A stretch of DNA of 64,000 bases from Pocillopora damicornis (taxonomy: Eukaryota): assembly GCF_003704095.1 (NCBI RefSeq), contig NW_020844035.1, forward strand, positions 62,001 through 126,000, given 5' to 3'. Each line of letters starts with the position of its first letter. Position 1 is the stretch's first letter. A program made the position numbers and the translations under genes. Under the pieces are notes generated by a model, which saw only the letters and a program-made list of their open reading frames with translations, ran no database searches and was not told the origin of the DNA. This document shows positions 1 through 12,194 of this stretch, piece after piece.

Positions 1-1210
1 GTTACAATGGGGTACAGCTATTATACTATGCTACATTTCATCTCACTCTGAAGTGTGATCTGGTCGGTTCTTGTGATCTTAATTAAAACAATGGGCAAAG
101 TTCACTCGTCAAATACTGTCAAATTGAATGTGCGGTGCTTTTTCACGGAAACCGTGAACACGCGTCAGCTGTTCTACAAAAAAAATTACGCTACGTGGGC
201 TTCTAGACCGCCTGCGGAAAATTTTTGATGGACAAAATTGTCAATTTCAATAACCCGATTCCTGATCAGTTGACCTCACGATTGAAATTTACATTAAGTG
301 GAGCACCAAAAGTGTATTGATTACTTGGATAAATAGCGTTTCATGTTTTTTTTTAACGTTGTGTTCAATTTTATTGTTCTAATTTGAAATTTCGCGGTGG
401 TTAATATGACCTAATGTATCGTTTGTGGTCGGAAATGTCTATAAAATTCGTACTAAATGCTTAGTTCCAATCGCTTGCGAGTATTGTGTCTACGTTTAGA
501 ATTGTCAAGCGATTTACTTCGTGGCTGACCATATTCGCGAGTCCAGTTAGTATAGAATGAAATCGCCATCATTCTCAACACTTAAGTGAAATCTTGCGGT
601 GTCGATTCACGTGCTCGGGTTTAAGAAACATAAGTGCCCTGCAGTCTCAAATTTTTATCAAAGTTGAACGGGAAGTATCGTGTTGACCTCTGTACATATT
701 ATGCTGTTTTAGAATTGTTGAGCGATTTCAAAAAGTTTAATGGAATTGTTGAGCTCCAACAAGCGATGATTTGACTCACAAGGACATTCTCGGCAGTGAC
801 ACTGTTATAGTCTTGTTAAAACTGTACCCGTGAGCGGAGCCAGAACATTTTTGTAAGTGACGAGCACATGGTGATTTCATGTTATGTCCAAGCTCGCAAA
901 ATAGTCAGCTGCAAAGTCCTCTTCCTTTTATAAATCACTTGACAATTTTAAACGAAGTTACAATGCTTTCAACCAATTCGACTTGAGCATTTCGTAGATA
1001 TTTTATTGAAATTTCTAACCGCCCGGCAATTAGTCTCTATTACATCCTTCCCAGCTTCCGGGCATTTCTCCACTACGTTCAAAATATTTCTCGTGAGTTG
1101 TGTTTATTATTGGCAATATGCCATACACACTTTTTAAATGACGTATTGAAAACCATCTCTAAAATTTTCTGTTTGAGGTAAGGTTATTCAGCTCTGCGAC
1201 AAAATGAAGT

Positions 1211-2581
1211 TTGGATATAGTTGAGTGTACATGTCCACTATCCATTAGCCTAATGCACTGGTGTTTTAAAAACTGTTTTAGTTACGAGCTGATGATAACT
1301 TGCTACTTGGTGTCAAAGTGTGGCCATTTAATTTGCAGTTCGTGCCATAGCAGACAAGAGGAACAAGTTGCGACAAAATGTCCGGTGTGCAATACTACTC
1401 TGTTATGTTACATTCCGAACATCGCTCTCAGAAATGCAGCAAGAGCTTCAAATTGCACTTGTAAATATTGCAAAAGTTCGCTGATAGCATAGGATATCTT
1501 AACCCACCGGAAGGGGTATGGCGAAATTCCTCTGCAGTGCAATACATGCCCTGAAAAGATTGCGAGGAATCAACTAAGCTTACTCTTCTGTCCAAACGAA
1601 ACGTCTAATTGCACGTGTGGAGCAAGAGTAAGGAGGGTGGAAATGCATCGCCACCGAACACAGCCCTGTCCTTGCCTTCCCGCTTCTTGTCCCTTAACAT
1701 GTGGATTAGAACTTGGGAGGTACTTTGCATGTCCTTTTTTTTTTTTCGGTATTTTACACTTAGGCCGATATAAGGCATTAAGAGACCTCTACCTCGGTTA
1801 ATAAGTTTTTGTGAAAGTTTTCCCCATTAAATATTCTCGCTAGTGGTGCTGATATACGTTCAGCGTTGAAAAGTAGCGGCTACATGGTAGCCCCTCTCAT
1901 TGGATGATTAAAAAGCATTATAGGGAAAGCCTTTCAGGTTAATTGTTCCTGTCTCTTTACAGCATTTTCATGTAACTCCTCGATCGGTGGCATTTGATTT
2001 CCTTGTTGTTTAAAAATATTTCGTACGTCATCTTATTATAGTTTTAAAAAGGCGTTGGCGAGTGTCAGATGACAGTGGATAGTATACTACGTCATTTCAA
2101 AATTGTAAAATACTCGTTTCTCGTCTATTGTAAGCCCTGTTAACATTTCGAATCCAAAAAAGTCCATTTTTAAAATTCGATCTGAGAAACGCACGCCACA
2201 GCTTCACTTCTTGGAAAGCTACTGAGACACCTTTTAAACATTTGAATTATTAATGCGTATTTCGTGCCAGGATTGACGAAAATGCAGTTAAATAGGCGGA
2301 GTATTATGCAGTTTTACCACAATGCCATGTGTTATTACTTTCAATATATGATCTAACCGAAGCATGGCAAACTGAAGAAATAATTCTCCCATTGTCTTTT
2401 GACAGAAAAGATATTCCATTTCATATGGTTACTTGTCCAAAGTGTATTATCCAGTGTGGTGTTCCTGGTTGCCTTGATGTGATCCGACTATCGGAAATGG
2501 TGGTACATAACAGAGACAACGCAAGAAAACACTAAGACTTTTGCCATTGACGAGCAGGCAAGGGCATGGTCTCTAAAGGAA
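1211..2581 (+). pseudogene. RING + TRAF-type zinc-finger (TRAF-like E3 ligase) spliced pseudogene
   Basis: CGHLICSSC...CPVC is the second half of a C3HC4 RING. The same frame continues past TAG 1490-1492 into TRAF-type fingers (CNTCPEKIAR; CPNETSNCTCGARVRRVEMHRHRTQPCP; CPLTCG). Donor AG|GT at 1720 and acceptor TTTTGACAG at 2405 join in phase (R-KDIPFHMVTCPKCIIQCGVPGC...HNRDNARKH). Stops and frameshifts are present. Confidence 0.7.
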
Positions 2582-2999
2582 GTAAGAATATTGCTTCCAA
2601 CGATAGTAAACTAATTTACATATCATACAGTGTATAGGACGGATTCATTGCTACGAACGTTCTAGAACGAAAATAATTTTTTTTTTGCATGGTTACTTTT
2701 CCAAAGCTTAACAATTTTGTGGAGTCAAAAATAGGAATAAAAACTTCTATTGTCGTTAGTGTAACACAATATGGTTAACGAATTTGCTAGGAAAAAATTT
2801 CGATGTTTAGTGCAAGCTACGAATATTCTCTGGCAGCTAATTGGCGCACTTTAAAACAGTGAAATGTATCTCTTTGCCAGCTCCCTAAATAGTGTTCAGA
2901 CGTACGCAAATCCCCAAGCAATCGCAATACTATTGCTTGGTTTTAAATTTTAAGAATTATTTCTTTGGCTATATAGCGTATCGACTCGACTCTCTCTAT

Positions 3000-4901
3000 T
3001 CATTTTTTTGATAGGCCACGGTCTACACGGAAATAGAGAGTAAAAGTGCCGTCGTTCTGACTTGGTTGGTGCAGGCGTTTGATAGGAAACGGAGACTTGT
3101 TCTGACAAGAGGAAAGCTTTGGCTCCAATATTACAGAGGGGTCAAAATTATACGAATTTCTTTCGCGTGAGTATAGTTCAAGGCCATTCAATAACATCCG
3201 ATTCCACTCTGGTTTCTGTAAACTGCAGTTTGATTTGCAAGTCAAATATTTGAATCACTCACAACAGCCTAAACTTATCTTTTATCTCTTCAGGGTTTTT
3301 CATTGAAAAGAAAGGCGACGATGCTAAGAAAGTTATCATCAGTCGGGGCCACATAAAGTTGAAGGAGCAAAGAGGCCATGGCTTTGCATTACCCTCAGAA
3401 TTTGCGGGGGGAAAAGAATTTCGAGTGAATTGCCGCGTAGTTGAATTAGCCACTATCCTGAAAAACAAGTCCTAACTAACTGTTGAATCGCTTGCTTGAT
3501 CAATTTTATTATCACGCCATCACTCACTTTTTATGTCTTTTTAACTTTCTTCAAGGTATATTAAAAGTTTGTGTCATGTTATTATGTGCTGTTTTATTGA
3601 ATTCTTTCGGTGTGTTAAAGTTTACGATATTTTTCCATTATTTCTGTTGTGTTTGGCCAATAAACATTTTTATGCTAAATTTCAATATGACGAAAAGGCC
3701 ATGATGGAGACATTTTCAGCTAGTAAGGAAACTTTTCTGATTAAGATTATCTGAGATATTTAAGCCGATTAATAAAGCAAGGGATACCCGCTCCTCCTAT
3801 TTATTATCATAGTCACCCATGTTGCTCCACCCAGATCTGAGGGAAAGAATTTCAACCATCACAAAAAATTTTATTTTGGCACACTTATGGGTGTTAAAGA
3901 TCTATGGAAAACGTCTTAAAATGTATACTTACTCAATCGTTGTCAGCCTCGTTGGGCCGATCATTTAAACGAAGCCTAGGTTATACCTGAAAAAGAGGGC
4001 AAAGCCACTGTATGCTGACTGGTCGATAAAGAGCCGGGTCTTTTTTTCTTAATGTTGCATCTGGAGAGGTCAAAATTACTCGCTCCCGATTGGATGATCG
4101 CTAAAACACCCGCTACTGATTGACTGAACGTACTACTTTGTCATTCAGTTCGTTTCTTAACTTTAAGCAAATCAACTTCATCTTTTCGAGGTTTCTCGAA
4201 ATTCACGTCGCATTCGCAAAAAAAAAGAAATAAAGATTGAGAGTTCGACTTGCAATGTGCCCGGTATAGCGGGATTGCTGTGGTTCAAAACATGTCAAAG
4301 GCTCTTACTTTAACACAGCATCTTGCAGCTCAACAAGAAAGGTTACAGAACAGCTAACAATAAATGGGATAAACTAGTACGATTTTTTAAATATCAATGA
4401 TACTAGAAAGCACAAGACACACATAGAAAAAAACAAAACAAGAAACGATACATTACATACACGGTTTGCGGTACCGTTAGTTTTTTTTTAACATGAAGGC
4501 TTGTATCAGATTAACCTAAATTAAGAAGTTATGCACGCTATTCCTAAAATGATTTGTTACCGGCCAACCCCAAAACTGGTGGATAAGCGTTTCCTAGGAG
4601 TTTTTACAAAAGCAAGATCTCTGTCCTAAACATGAATTTTAAACAGAAAGGAGTTTGAAGCAACTCTTTTGTGAAAGAACTTAAAATAAAAGAACCCGAC
4701 TTTCATGCTTTCTTGGGTACTAAAATAAATCGACCTCCAATCAGTGCTCCCGAAATCTTCAGACACGTTCAATAATCCATTTTTCTTGGTTTTTCTCAGA
4801 AATGGTACATCTCTTACTAATAAATATCTTGTTGGCTCGGTTTGTTGGTTGAATTTAGCTCTGGTAGCACTATCTCGATTTTTGGGGCCTTTACGGCCCA
4901 T
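3000..4901 (-). pseudogene. Decayed multi-exon gene of unknown function, convergent with the TRAF-like remnant
   Basis: ATG-led exon MGRKGPKNRD... at 4901. A small exon of about 3933-3986 is bounded by TTTTTCAG and GTAAGT. An acceptor near 3459 is followed by broken ORFs (3259-3468, 3000-3245). No recognisable domain. Confidence 0.3.
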
Positions 4902-5938
4902 TTAATGGCCGATGTCACACTGTCATATTCACAAAAGGAATGAGTTGGACAAAATTTATAAACAGCCATATTTGACAGTAAAGAAAAGGAGTCGCGATTT
5001 ATGTTTTTTTGCTGAGTAACAAGTAAAAACTACTATTCCTCTGACCTTAGGTAGGTAGGAAGTGCAGAAGGATTTCCATTTAGATTTACAATCAGAAACA
5101 TGTTTAAGTATCCATGTAATTTTCAAAGCTTTCTTGGATTACCGAAAGTCTTGGTAATTCGTTATCGTTTCAGTTCATTGAATTTGTTCACCCTTGATAC
5201 TTTCAATTTTTTTTTTTAACGTAAACCATTTGAGATGCGACCAAAGGCTTAACTTTATCATGTGCCTTAGTAAAAATTTTATGAGGCAAAAAAATTTGGT
5301 TTGATCTCTTTAATTAGCGTATCCAAAGAACTTCTGTTTTTTCAACTCTGTGTAGCCACAAGAAGCAAATTTTTCCGGATATTTTTTCTAAATTCTGGTT
5401 ATTTCATCATGTTTAGTTTGCTGTTTAAATTATTCGTAGTTTTTTTTTCTCTGCGTCGCGTACGTAATCGTTTATTGTTAGTAACGTAAATTCATTAGTT
5501 GTATTCTTTTCCTGGACCAAATCAGCAATTCAGAAAAAATTGATCCAATCAATGAAAGATGAACTTCTTTCTTTTGGACAAACCATTTGCTATATTTACG
5601 AATGCGTATTTTTCGGTGGATGCTTATTTTCAAATGGTAGAAACCTCTCGTTTGCTGACTGCCTCAACTGGCGGTACTCATTTAACACTATGAACTTGGA
5701 TGGAGAAATTGTGCGTTATTTCTCCCTCATAGACAGTTCTGGGATAACTCAGCAGAAGGCAGGGGTATCAGCATGGCAACGCAAGAAGAAAAACGAAGGA
5801 AAATACTAGTATTACGGGTTGGGGGACATCTGACGTGAAAAAATCAGATTCGTTCCTACAGTATTAGTAACCCAAGGGTCGCTCAATATCAATGTCAGAG
5901 GAGCACACAAGCAAACCAATAAAAAGTGGTGCGTATAA

Positions 5939-5983
5939 AGATGAAGACGATGAAGATAATGATGATGATGAAGATGATGATGA
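5939..5983 (+). repeat. (GAT/GAA)n trinucleotide-rich tract
   Basis: gatgaagacgatgaagataatgatgatgatgaagatgatgatgaa. Confidence 0.8.
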
Positions 5984-5999
5984 ACCCTTGAAGGAGTCG

Positions 6000-6364
6000 G
6001 GTGGCATTTAAGCATGTCGGAATGGGCGCGTTTATGCATAACATCAAGAGGTAAGATCCAATTGAGTGGATGCTCCCATCGTCAACCACAAAAGCAAATA
6101 AATCTACATACTTGAGATGAGCTGCCCGAGGATCAACAGCTGAGAGAAGAAAGATAAATAGAAGGCTATCAAATATTGAAGCAACAGCTTCCAGGCTATG
6201 AGATGTAACAGCCATAAGATTTGTCCGCGGGGGCCGGGTCGCGGAAATTAGACGTCACGATGCGTAACATTGTATGGAACAAGGGCACAGAAGTACTGCG
6301 AAAGATGCAGAAGGCAGTTTTCTTGGAAACACCCATTACTCGGACTTTCAAAGTTGCAACCTGA
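6000..6364 (+). mobile_element. Degenerate 3' end of an RLE (restriction-like endonuclease) non-LTR retrotransposon, R4/Dong/NeSL-type
   Basis: Stop-riddled translation VDAPIVNHKSK*IYILEMSCPRINS*EKKDK*KAIKY fits the RLE motif D-x(n)-E-x-S-C-P...K-x-x-K-Y. It is followed by LKQQLPGYE...EVLRKMQKAVF...TRTFKVAT*. Confidence 0.7.
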
Positions 6365-6375
6365 AGGATAAATAA

Positions 6376-7545
6376 CTAGAGACAGGACTGCAAGCACAAT
6401 CTAGCTTTTAAAATTTTCCTAGATACACACATAATTATTACATAGATATTTTCATGTTCGCTGTTTTTATTGTTTCTTTGTTTCCTACTTATTATTATAT
6501 ATGTTTCGTTTAATAAATAGGCGTTGCCTCGTGTTGACAGATTTATTCGATGACAAGAATCGTGATTGACATTAATTCAATAGATTGATTTAAAAGCGTT
6601 AGATTATTATGTTTTAAGTCAGTTTTTCAGCAGAATCGAAGTGAGAAAGAAGTTATTTTGTTATCGTTTTTCTGTCTCTAAATCCGCTTACCTGGAGAAT
6701 CTGCTAACCCGTAAGGTGAGACTGTTGTAACGACCCGCCACAAAAGTAAGTTTATATTGAAGTTTTTTAATTTAGTTACAAGATAAAGACTTGATTTGCG
6801 TTTGTTCTAATTGCGAATTATAAATGTATTTCTTTTAGATCGAATAATTATTAAAGCTTGGCTTAATATTATACGGTTTGTGGTGGTCATTTGATCTAAC
6901 CAGTTCCGAGTAAGGAAACAATATATATATTTATATATGTATGTGTTCGCCAGCCGGAAGGTCCGTGTTGGAAAAACTCTGCCCGAGGTCTTGAGTACCG
7001 CACTCAAGACAGAGGGCACAGTTTTTTCCAATACGGACCGACCAAGGCTGGTGAATAACATTTTCATTTTTCTTCAATAAACTTAACGAAATTCTTTCCA
7101 AAAGAACCCAATGATTTACAGCTGTAATTAAGGTAAGACCCTCCATAAACTGAACAGTTTTTGAGCGAGTAAATGGTAGTTAAAATGGAGGTAATGCAAA
7201 TTAAAGAGAGATGCTTCACCGAAAAATTTTCATTTGCGTAATAATAAAGATGATTTAAAAGCCTTCCGATAAAATTTGGAACATAATTTTTACAGGTATC
7301 TGTTACAATCTGAGACCTGTCAGTTAGAGAGCGTGTATGAAAAAAAAAAGTGCAAGTACACTTTTAAAAAAACAACGGGACTAGTTTGGCAAGGACTGTC
7401 ATTACAATGTTTTATTCAAAGGTGCACTGCGCCAGGAGGATCAATAAAGATTTGCAGTCCAAACCTCACAGCAAAAACGAACGTCGAGAGTTAAAAAATA
7501 TGCGAGGATGGACAACTTCTGACGTAAAAAAGATAGAAAATTTAA
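6376..7545 (+). repeat. Dispersed repeat 'A', direct copy at 16538-17283
   Basis: Both copies start ctagagacaggactgc and align to gacgtaaaaaaga-agaaaattt. This copy has about 420 extra bp (6502-6920) that the second lacks. Confidence 0.9.
6960..7039. repeat. About 80-bp imperfect palindrome (hairpin MITE end), second copy at 16696-16774
   Basis: GGTCCGTGTTGGAAAAACTCTGCCCGAGGTCTTGAGT-ACCGC-ACTCAAGACAGAGGGCACAGTTTTTTCCAATACGGACC folds back on itself. Confidence 0.8.
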
Positions 7546-7580
7546 TGAGAACGTTTCGGTCAGAGACCTCCTCCAGTTAC

Positions 7581-7620
7581 TAATAACTGAAGAAGGTCTT
7601 TGACCGAAACGTTTTTATTA
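7581..7620 (+). ncRNA. Minimal type-I hammerhead ribozyme-like motif (Penelope-type)
   Basis: TAATAA-CTGAAGA-A-GGTC(TTT)GACC-GAAA-CGTTT-TTATTA contains the CUGANGA core, a stem II hairpin, GAAA, a very short stem III and a complementary stem I. It sits in the right arm of an inverted repeat at about 7494-7670. Confidence 0.6.
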
Positions 7621-8289
7621 AATTTTCTATCTTTTTTACGTCAGAGGTTGTCCATCCTTGCATTTTTTTTNNNNNNNNNNNNNNNNNNNNNNNNNNNNNN
7701 NNNNNNNNNNNNNNNNNNNNNNNNNNNNNNNNNNNNNNNNNNNNNNNNNNNNNNNNNNNNNNNNNNNNNNNNNNNNNNNNNNNNNNNNNNNNNNNNNNNN
7801 NNNNNNNNNNNNNNNNNNNNNNNNNNNNNNNNNNNNNNTACATATCAACTCCAATGGCTCACGGATTATGGCAGGTTTAGCTTTTGGTATAAAAAATGTA
7901 TTGCGCTTTATAAAGATAAAAACTTGGCCAGATACAAAAGCGTTGAGGAGTAGTAGAAGAAGCCCCTTCTACCACACCCTTCCCCCAACGTTTTAAGGAA
8001 ACTGGAAACGTCTCGGCACTTTCGAGTGAAAAACCTTAGAAGAAAGGGCACAAATAATAATAACAAAAGTAATAATAATGATAATAATATCAATCCTGGG
8101 CAAACTAGCAGATGTAGCAATTATCAAATACACAAAGAACACCCAGCGAATGACCAGATATGGTAGTATTTACATACCACAACACGAGGACTTGTGAATT
8201 CATTGACGTGGCAAAACCATCAGACAGAAACATCATTAAAGTCCACCGAAAACGGTCCAAATATAAGGATCTGGAGGGGCCTTTAATGT

Positions 8290-8630
8290 ATGATGCATTT
8301 GAGAAGGGAAGGACCTAAAAAAGACCTGGGCGGATCTCTTCTAGAAACCAAACACAGGAAAACTATCATGAATATTACCACGCTGTCTGTATCCATCTAG
8401 AAAGGTCCTCATCTTGCAAATACTACTAAACCCTTCCCATCGAGATTTAATTTTCAATGTTTCAAATTGCCGATCAGAGCTGTATCACTTCCATGACGCT
8501 TATTTAAGGCAATTTGATGGCTTACAAGCCGTCTCCCTCAAACTATTTGCATAACTTGTGGTAGAGACAATTACCAAAAACTGCGTCAAAGATGGGTAAC
8601 ACCAAAATGGGTCGATAATTTCTTTTATCT
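8290..8630 (-). mobile_element. Degenerate LINE (CR1/L2-like) reverse transcriptase fragment
   Basis: DKRNYRPILVLPIF motif. The sister copy at 30900-31305 retains GLVGVVLLDLGGAFDSQRHDLLL (RT DLxxAFD motif). Confidence 0.65.
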
Positions 8631-9702
8631 AGGTGTTCGTGAGCTTGGAAGACAGGTTTTACCTGGCCATAGGCACCTCACCCATGCAAATGCAAAAATT
8701 AATGAGCTCAGCTAACGATGTCCCTTTGCGACGCAAGCCACCAACAGCGAGGAGAAAAAAACCGAACACAGACTGGGGAGAGACACCTCTTTATAATCAA
8801 CCTGATTAAAACATTTCATCGCGTCCTTCTCAACTGTAAAAACATCGACTGCATCCTCTGAAAGAAACTCGGTCTTCTTCGCAGAAATATAGCGAGAATC
8901 AACATGAAAGAAGTCATTAAAAGAACTTCATCCGCTGCCATTTTTTCTAAAGTCGCGCGCTTTGGTAAATATACAATTTAATTTAGCGGCTCAAATTCCG
9001 GGTGAAATTGCACGGTGAAAACAGATGCCATATTTAACTAGAAAATGTCGGTCTGGAAAGAATAATAAAAATTCATCACTGTGTGATTAATAAGGGGCTT
9101 TTAATCCACTCGTGTTCATACATATCATACATCGAAGTAAAAAGAATGTTTTAATTTGAGCTAACAAAATAATTTTTCGGTCTCTGAGGCACAAGAACGC
9201 ATCAACCCAAGGGGACACCATATTTCAAAGCCCCTACGATGCCACATTTTTCCACTATCAAAACGTTTTTCTGCATGTGCTGATAAAAATCGACCAGCCA
9301 GTGCAGAATGCCCGTGTCAGCTGCAATGTCACTGCGTATTTCATTGCATTTATCTTCTTGTCTTGCCAGCGTACCATCCTTCAAACGTTTCTCTTATAAA
9401 TAATAATATGAATAATGATGAAAACTATAGTTGACTCGTTTTGACGCGTTTTTATGTTTCTTGATGACATCATTTATGTGACAGCTAACATTTCGAAGAA
9501 GGGAGCCGTTTTAGGACAAAATGTTTCTGAGGTCTTCTAGGTTGACTGTTACAGATTTCTTTCTTGTTGGTGTCGTGCTGCTTGAATTGAAAAGAAAACC
9601 GCAAAAATTTGTTGCCACAAACCTCAGGAAAACGCCACTCCCTTAAAAAGTCCCGCAAAAATTTCATTCTACACGGTAATATTGTGAGCACAATCGGAAG
9701 CT

Positions 9703-11249
9703 ATGAATTTACTGCAAATCTCAGCACTGGCAGACGGCGACGTAAGACAGTAGATAACTTGGTTGCAAGGGCATGGATTGCTGCCAAATCTGCTTCGTTG
9801 TGGAAATTGCAACCTGGATATGGTTATTTCTGCCCAAAACGTAGATCACGTCGACGGATATCAGTGGTAAGTGTTACAGTTAAAATGGTATAGAAAATTA
9901 TCAGTTGTCAATTAAAATATTAAAAAAACCGAAAACAGACCTCAACCGAAAGATACCAACCCAGCGGTTAGGAACGCGAAAGGCAACACGGGTTAAGATG
10001 TTTTATTTTCAGGTCTACATTGCGAGGTGGTAATGCAGCGATCATGAACTGCGAGCTTAGACTTGTTTCCAGCTTTGGTTGTCACATCTCCTCACTTTTC
10101 GGCGCTCAGCGATCGAAACGTTACTTTATTCTTGGGATAATGTTCCCGTGGATGACAAATTCGATGAATTATGTAAACTTCAGCGGCATGCTGGCGGACC
10201 TAATGCCGGAACACCAGGCATCGAAAATGCCACTAAAGAATTCAGCATACTCACTGAACAACATCTTCTAAACAAAAATATTAATAATAACAATGATAAT
10301 AATAATAATAATATTAATAATAATGGTTACGGTGATGATGATAGCAGAAAAAGATGTTTATATATAAGCCCTGTTGTATACAGTAAGTATTAACCAGATT
10401 GCCAGATGCTTTCTTACTAATATGCAATTTTCTGATACTTATTATCGTTCTAGGCGCTGTAGAGGATGCAAAAAGAAGAGAAGCTTAAGGAGTTATTCCA
10501 AGGTTACCAATAGGAAAAATCTTAGTCTTTCTGTACCTGTGGTCAAACGACGAGACCCAAGCCACGGCAGCACGCATGCTGGAGATCAATCCCAGTGAAT
10601 TATCGAAAATGTCTCAATTGCTGAGAGACGTGGTTACCTGGGACCTTCAGCAGCGTCCTATCACTCCATTCGGAGCTCCTTTCGTGGCAAAAGTGGACGA
10701 AAGTAAATTCAACCACAAAGCAAAGGTGATAACGATATGTAAAAACGTCTCAATGAAATAGAAATTATCAATGATTTTATCTATATACGGGGAAACCGAG
10801 GACGAAGAGCAAGAATAGACAACTGGGTGTTTGGAGTGGTACCAACACGCTATTCTCCAGCGCGAGGGTATTTCGAGGTTTTGGAGCGTAGAGATAGAGC
10901 TAGTTTGATACCCATCCTGCAGAGGGTTTTGCTGCCCGGTGCAGAAGTCCACAGTGATGACTGGGGGGCTCATTTCAACATAACAGCCCATGCAGCAACT
11001 GTCCAAACTCACGGAGTTGTAGTACATGCCGCTAATTTTGTTGACCCCGTTACTGGTGTGCATACGCAAAAGGAGGAATCGGCTTGGTCAAGGTTGAAGA
11101 ACAAGGTTAAAATGAGGAAAGGTGTCAGGAACTATAATTTGCAATCTTTCCTCAACCAGCATATGTGGCGAGACTGGATAGGAGAGGCTGACGTTTTTAA
11201 TAATATTATTGAAGTTCTTACGCGATATTTTACGAACAACCCAGTTTAA
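9703..11249 (+). pseudogene. Merlin (IS1595/ISXO2-like) DDE transposase with two introns, copy 1
   Basis: Exons 9703-9866, 10454-10725 and 10791-11249. Zn-ribbon CGNC...WRCRGC is joined across intron 1. Catalytic motifs are VDESKF, HSDDW and HTQKEESAW, with GRR...WVFG and FVDPVTGVHTQ. Exon 1 has an in-frame TAG and the intron 2 acceptor is mutated (AG>GG). Confidence 0.85.
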
Positions 11250-11829
11250 GGAGGATATACATCGTTACGTTTACTTTTGCACTGGATTTTTAACTATTAT
11301 GAACTATTTTTTAAAGAAAAACAACAGCTTTAAACTGGCTTAAGTTATGCAAAAAGTAATACTACAATTTTTCAATCTCCTTGTCTAATGCGCAGATTAC
11401 ACTTAGCTAAAATTAACACACACAGATCACGGGTGGTATTTAATATTGTAGCAATCTGCATGCGCTTTTAATTTTCGGCATGGACTGACTTTGAAGATAA
11501 TTTAGCAGCAACGCGATGATGTAGTAACGAATCGTTTAATAAACTAAAGGTCTTTGAAGAATCACTCTATGTACTTTTTTCTCTATTTCCCAAGTAATCG
11601 CTCGGAACATTCATCATCAAATACTGTTGGCTACATTCTTCGTTTTCTACGCTCTATTTTCTACTTTTCTTTGTGTTATCAAAAGATACTACGATAAAAA
11701 AATCAAGTGAAATATTGACCAAAATTTCGTACAATCACGTTCTCTACTTGTGCTCCTTTGATACGTAGACATCATCGGTCGACGATTTGGGTGTCGACGC
11801 TTACATCGTCAACGTTTGGCTCGCATCGT

Positions 11830-12040
11830 AAAAGCAGAAATCGAGCATGTTGTTAGACAACGGACACGATGTTACAAAAGATCGTTGGCATCGAGCTCAC
11901 TGCACGTTGAAATCGAATAAACGAGGACGTTCTTTTTAACGTCCTCGTTATACTCGATCTTGTGTATAACGCGCTCGTTCTTTTCAACGTCCTCGTTATA
12001 CTCGATTTCTTGTGCCGTGCCCAGATGGCAGCATTGATCC
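11830..12040 (+). mobile_element. Probable Merlin right end: subterminal ~45-bp repeats plus terminus ...AGATGGCAGCATTGATCC
   Basis: Repeats of ttttaacgtcctcgttatactcgat. Homology with the copy at 62375-62658 stops exactly after ATTGATCC. The reverse complement starts GG, as Merlin TIRs do. Confidence 0.6.
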
Positions 12041-12194
12041 GGATTTACTATTTAAGGAAAAGTCAGGTGGGGCTTATGCACAGGATTTCGTCATTCGTGT
12101 CATAGTTTATGGCATCTTAGGACATCGTAACGATGTTCTACTTAGTGTGTGGGATAAAAAAGTTTGAAATAACTGATGGCACTCTTAATAGATA

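Noticed and set aside
1211-4901. RAG1/RAG2-like convergent transposon
   Set aside because: The fingers are TRAF-type, and no RAG1 core or kelch motifs or RSS-like ends are visible.
5812-6215. His-rich or hydrophobic minus-strand ORFs
   Set aside because: They are antisense readings of a (GAT)n tract and the RLE remnant.
8640-8941. Possible Harbinger transposase N-terminus (MAADEVLL..., minus strand)
   Set aside because: Only a compositional resemblance, with no catalytic motifs visible.
9703-11249. Bacterial IS1595 contamination or recent horizontal transfer
   Set aside because: The gene has spliceosomal introns and eukaryotic flanks, which fit the Merlin superfamily.
11925-12010. CRISPR-like palindromic repeats
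   Set aside because: Only 2-3 units with near-identical short spacers next to a transposon terminus, so they are better read as subterminal repeats.
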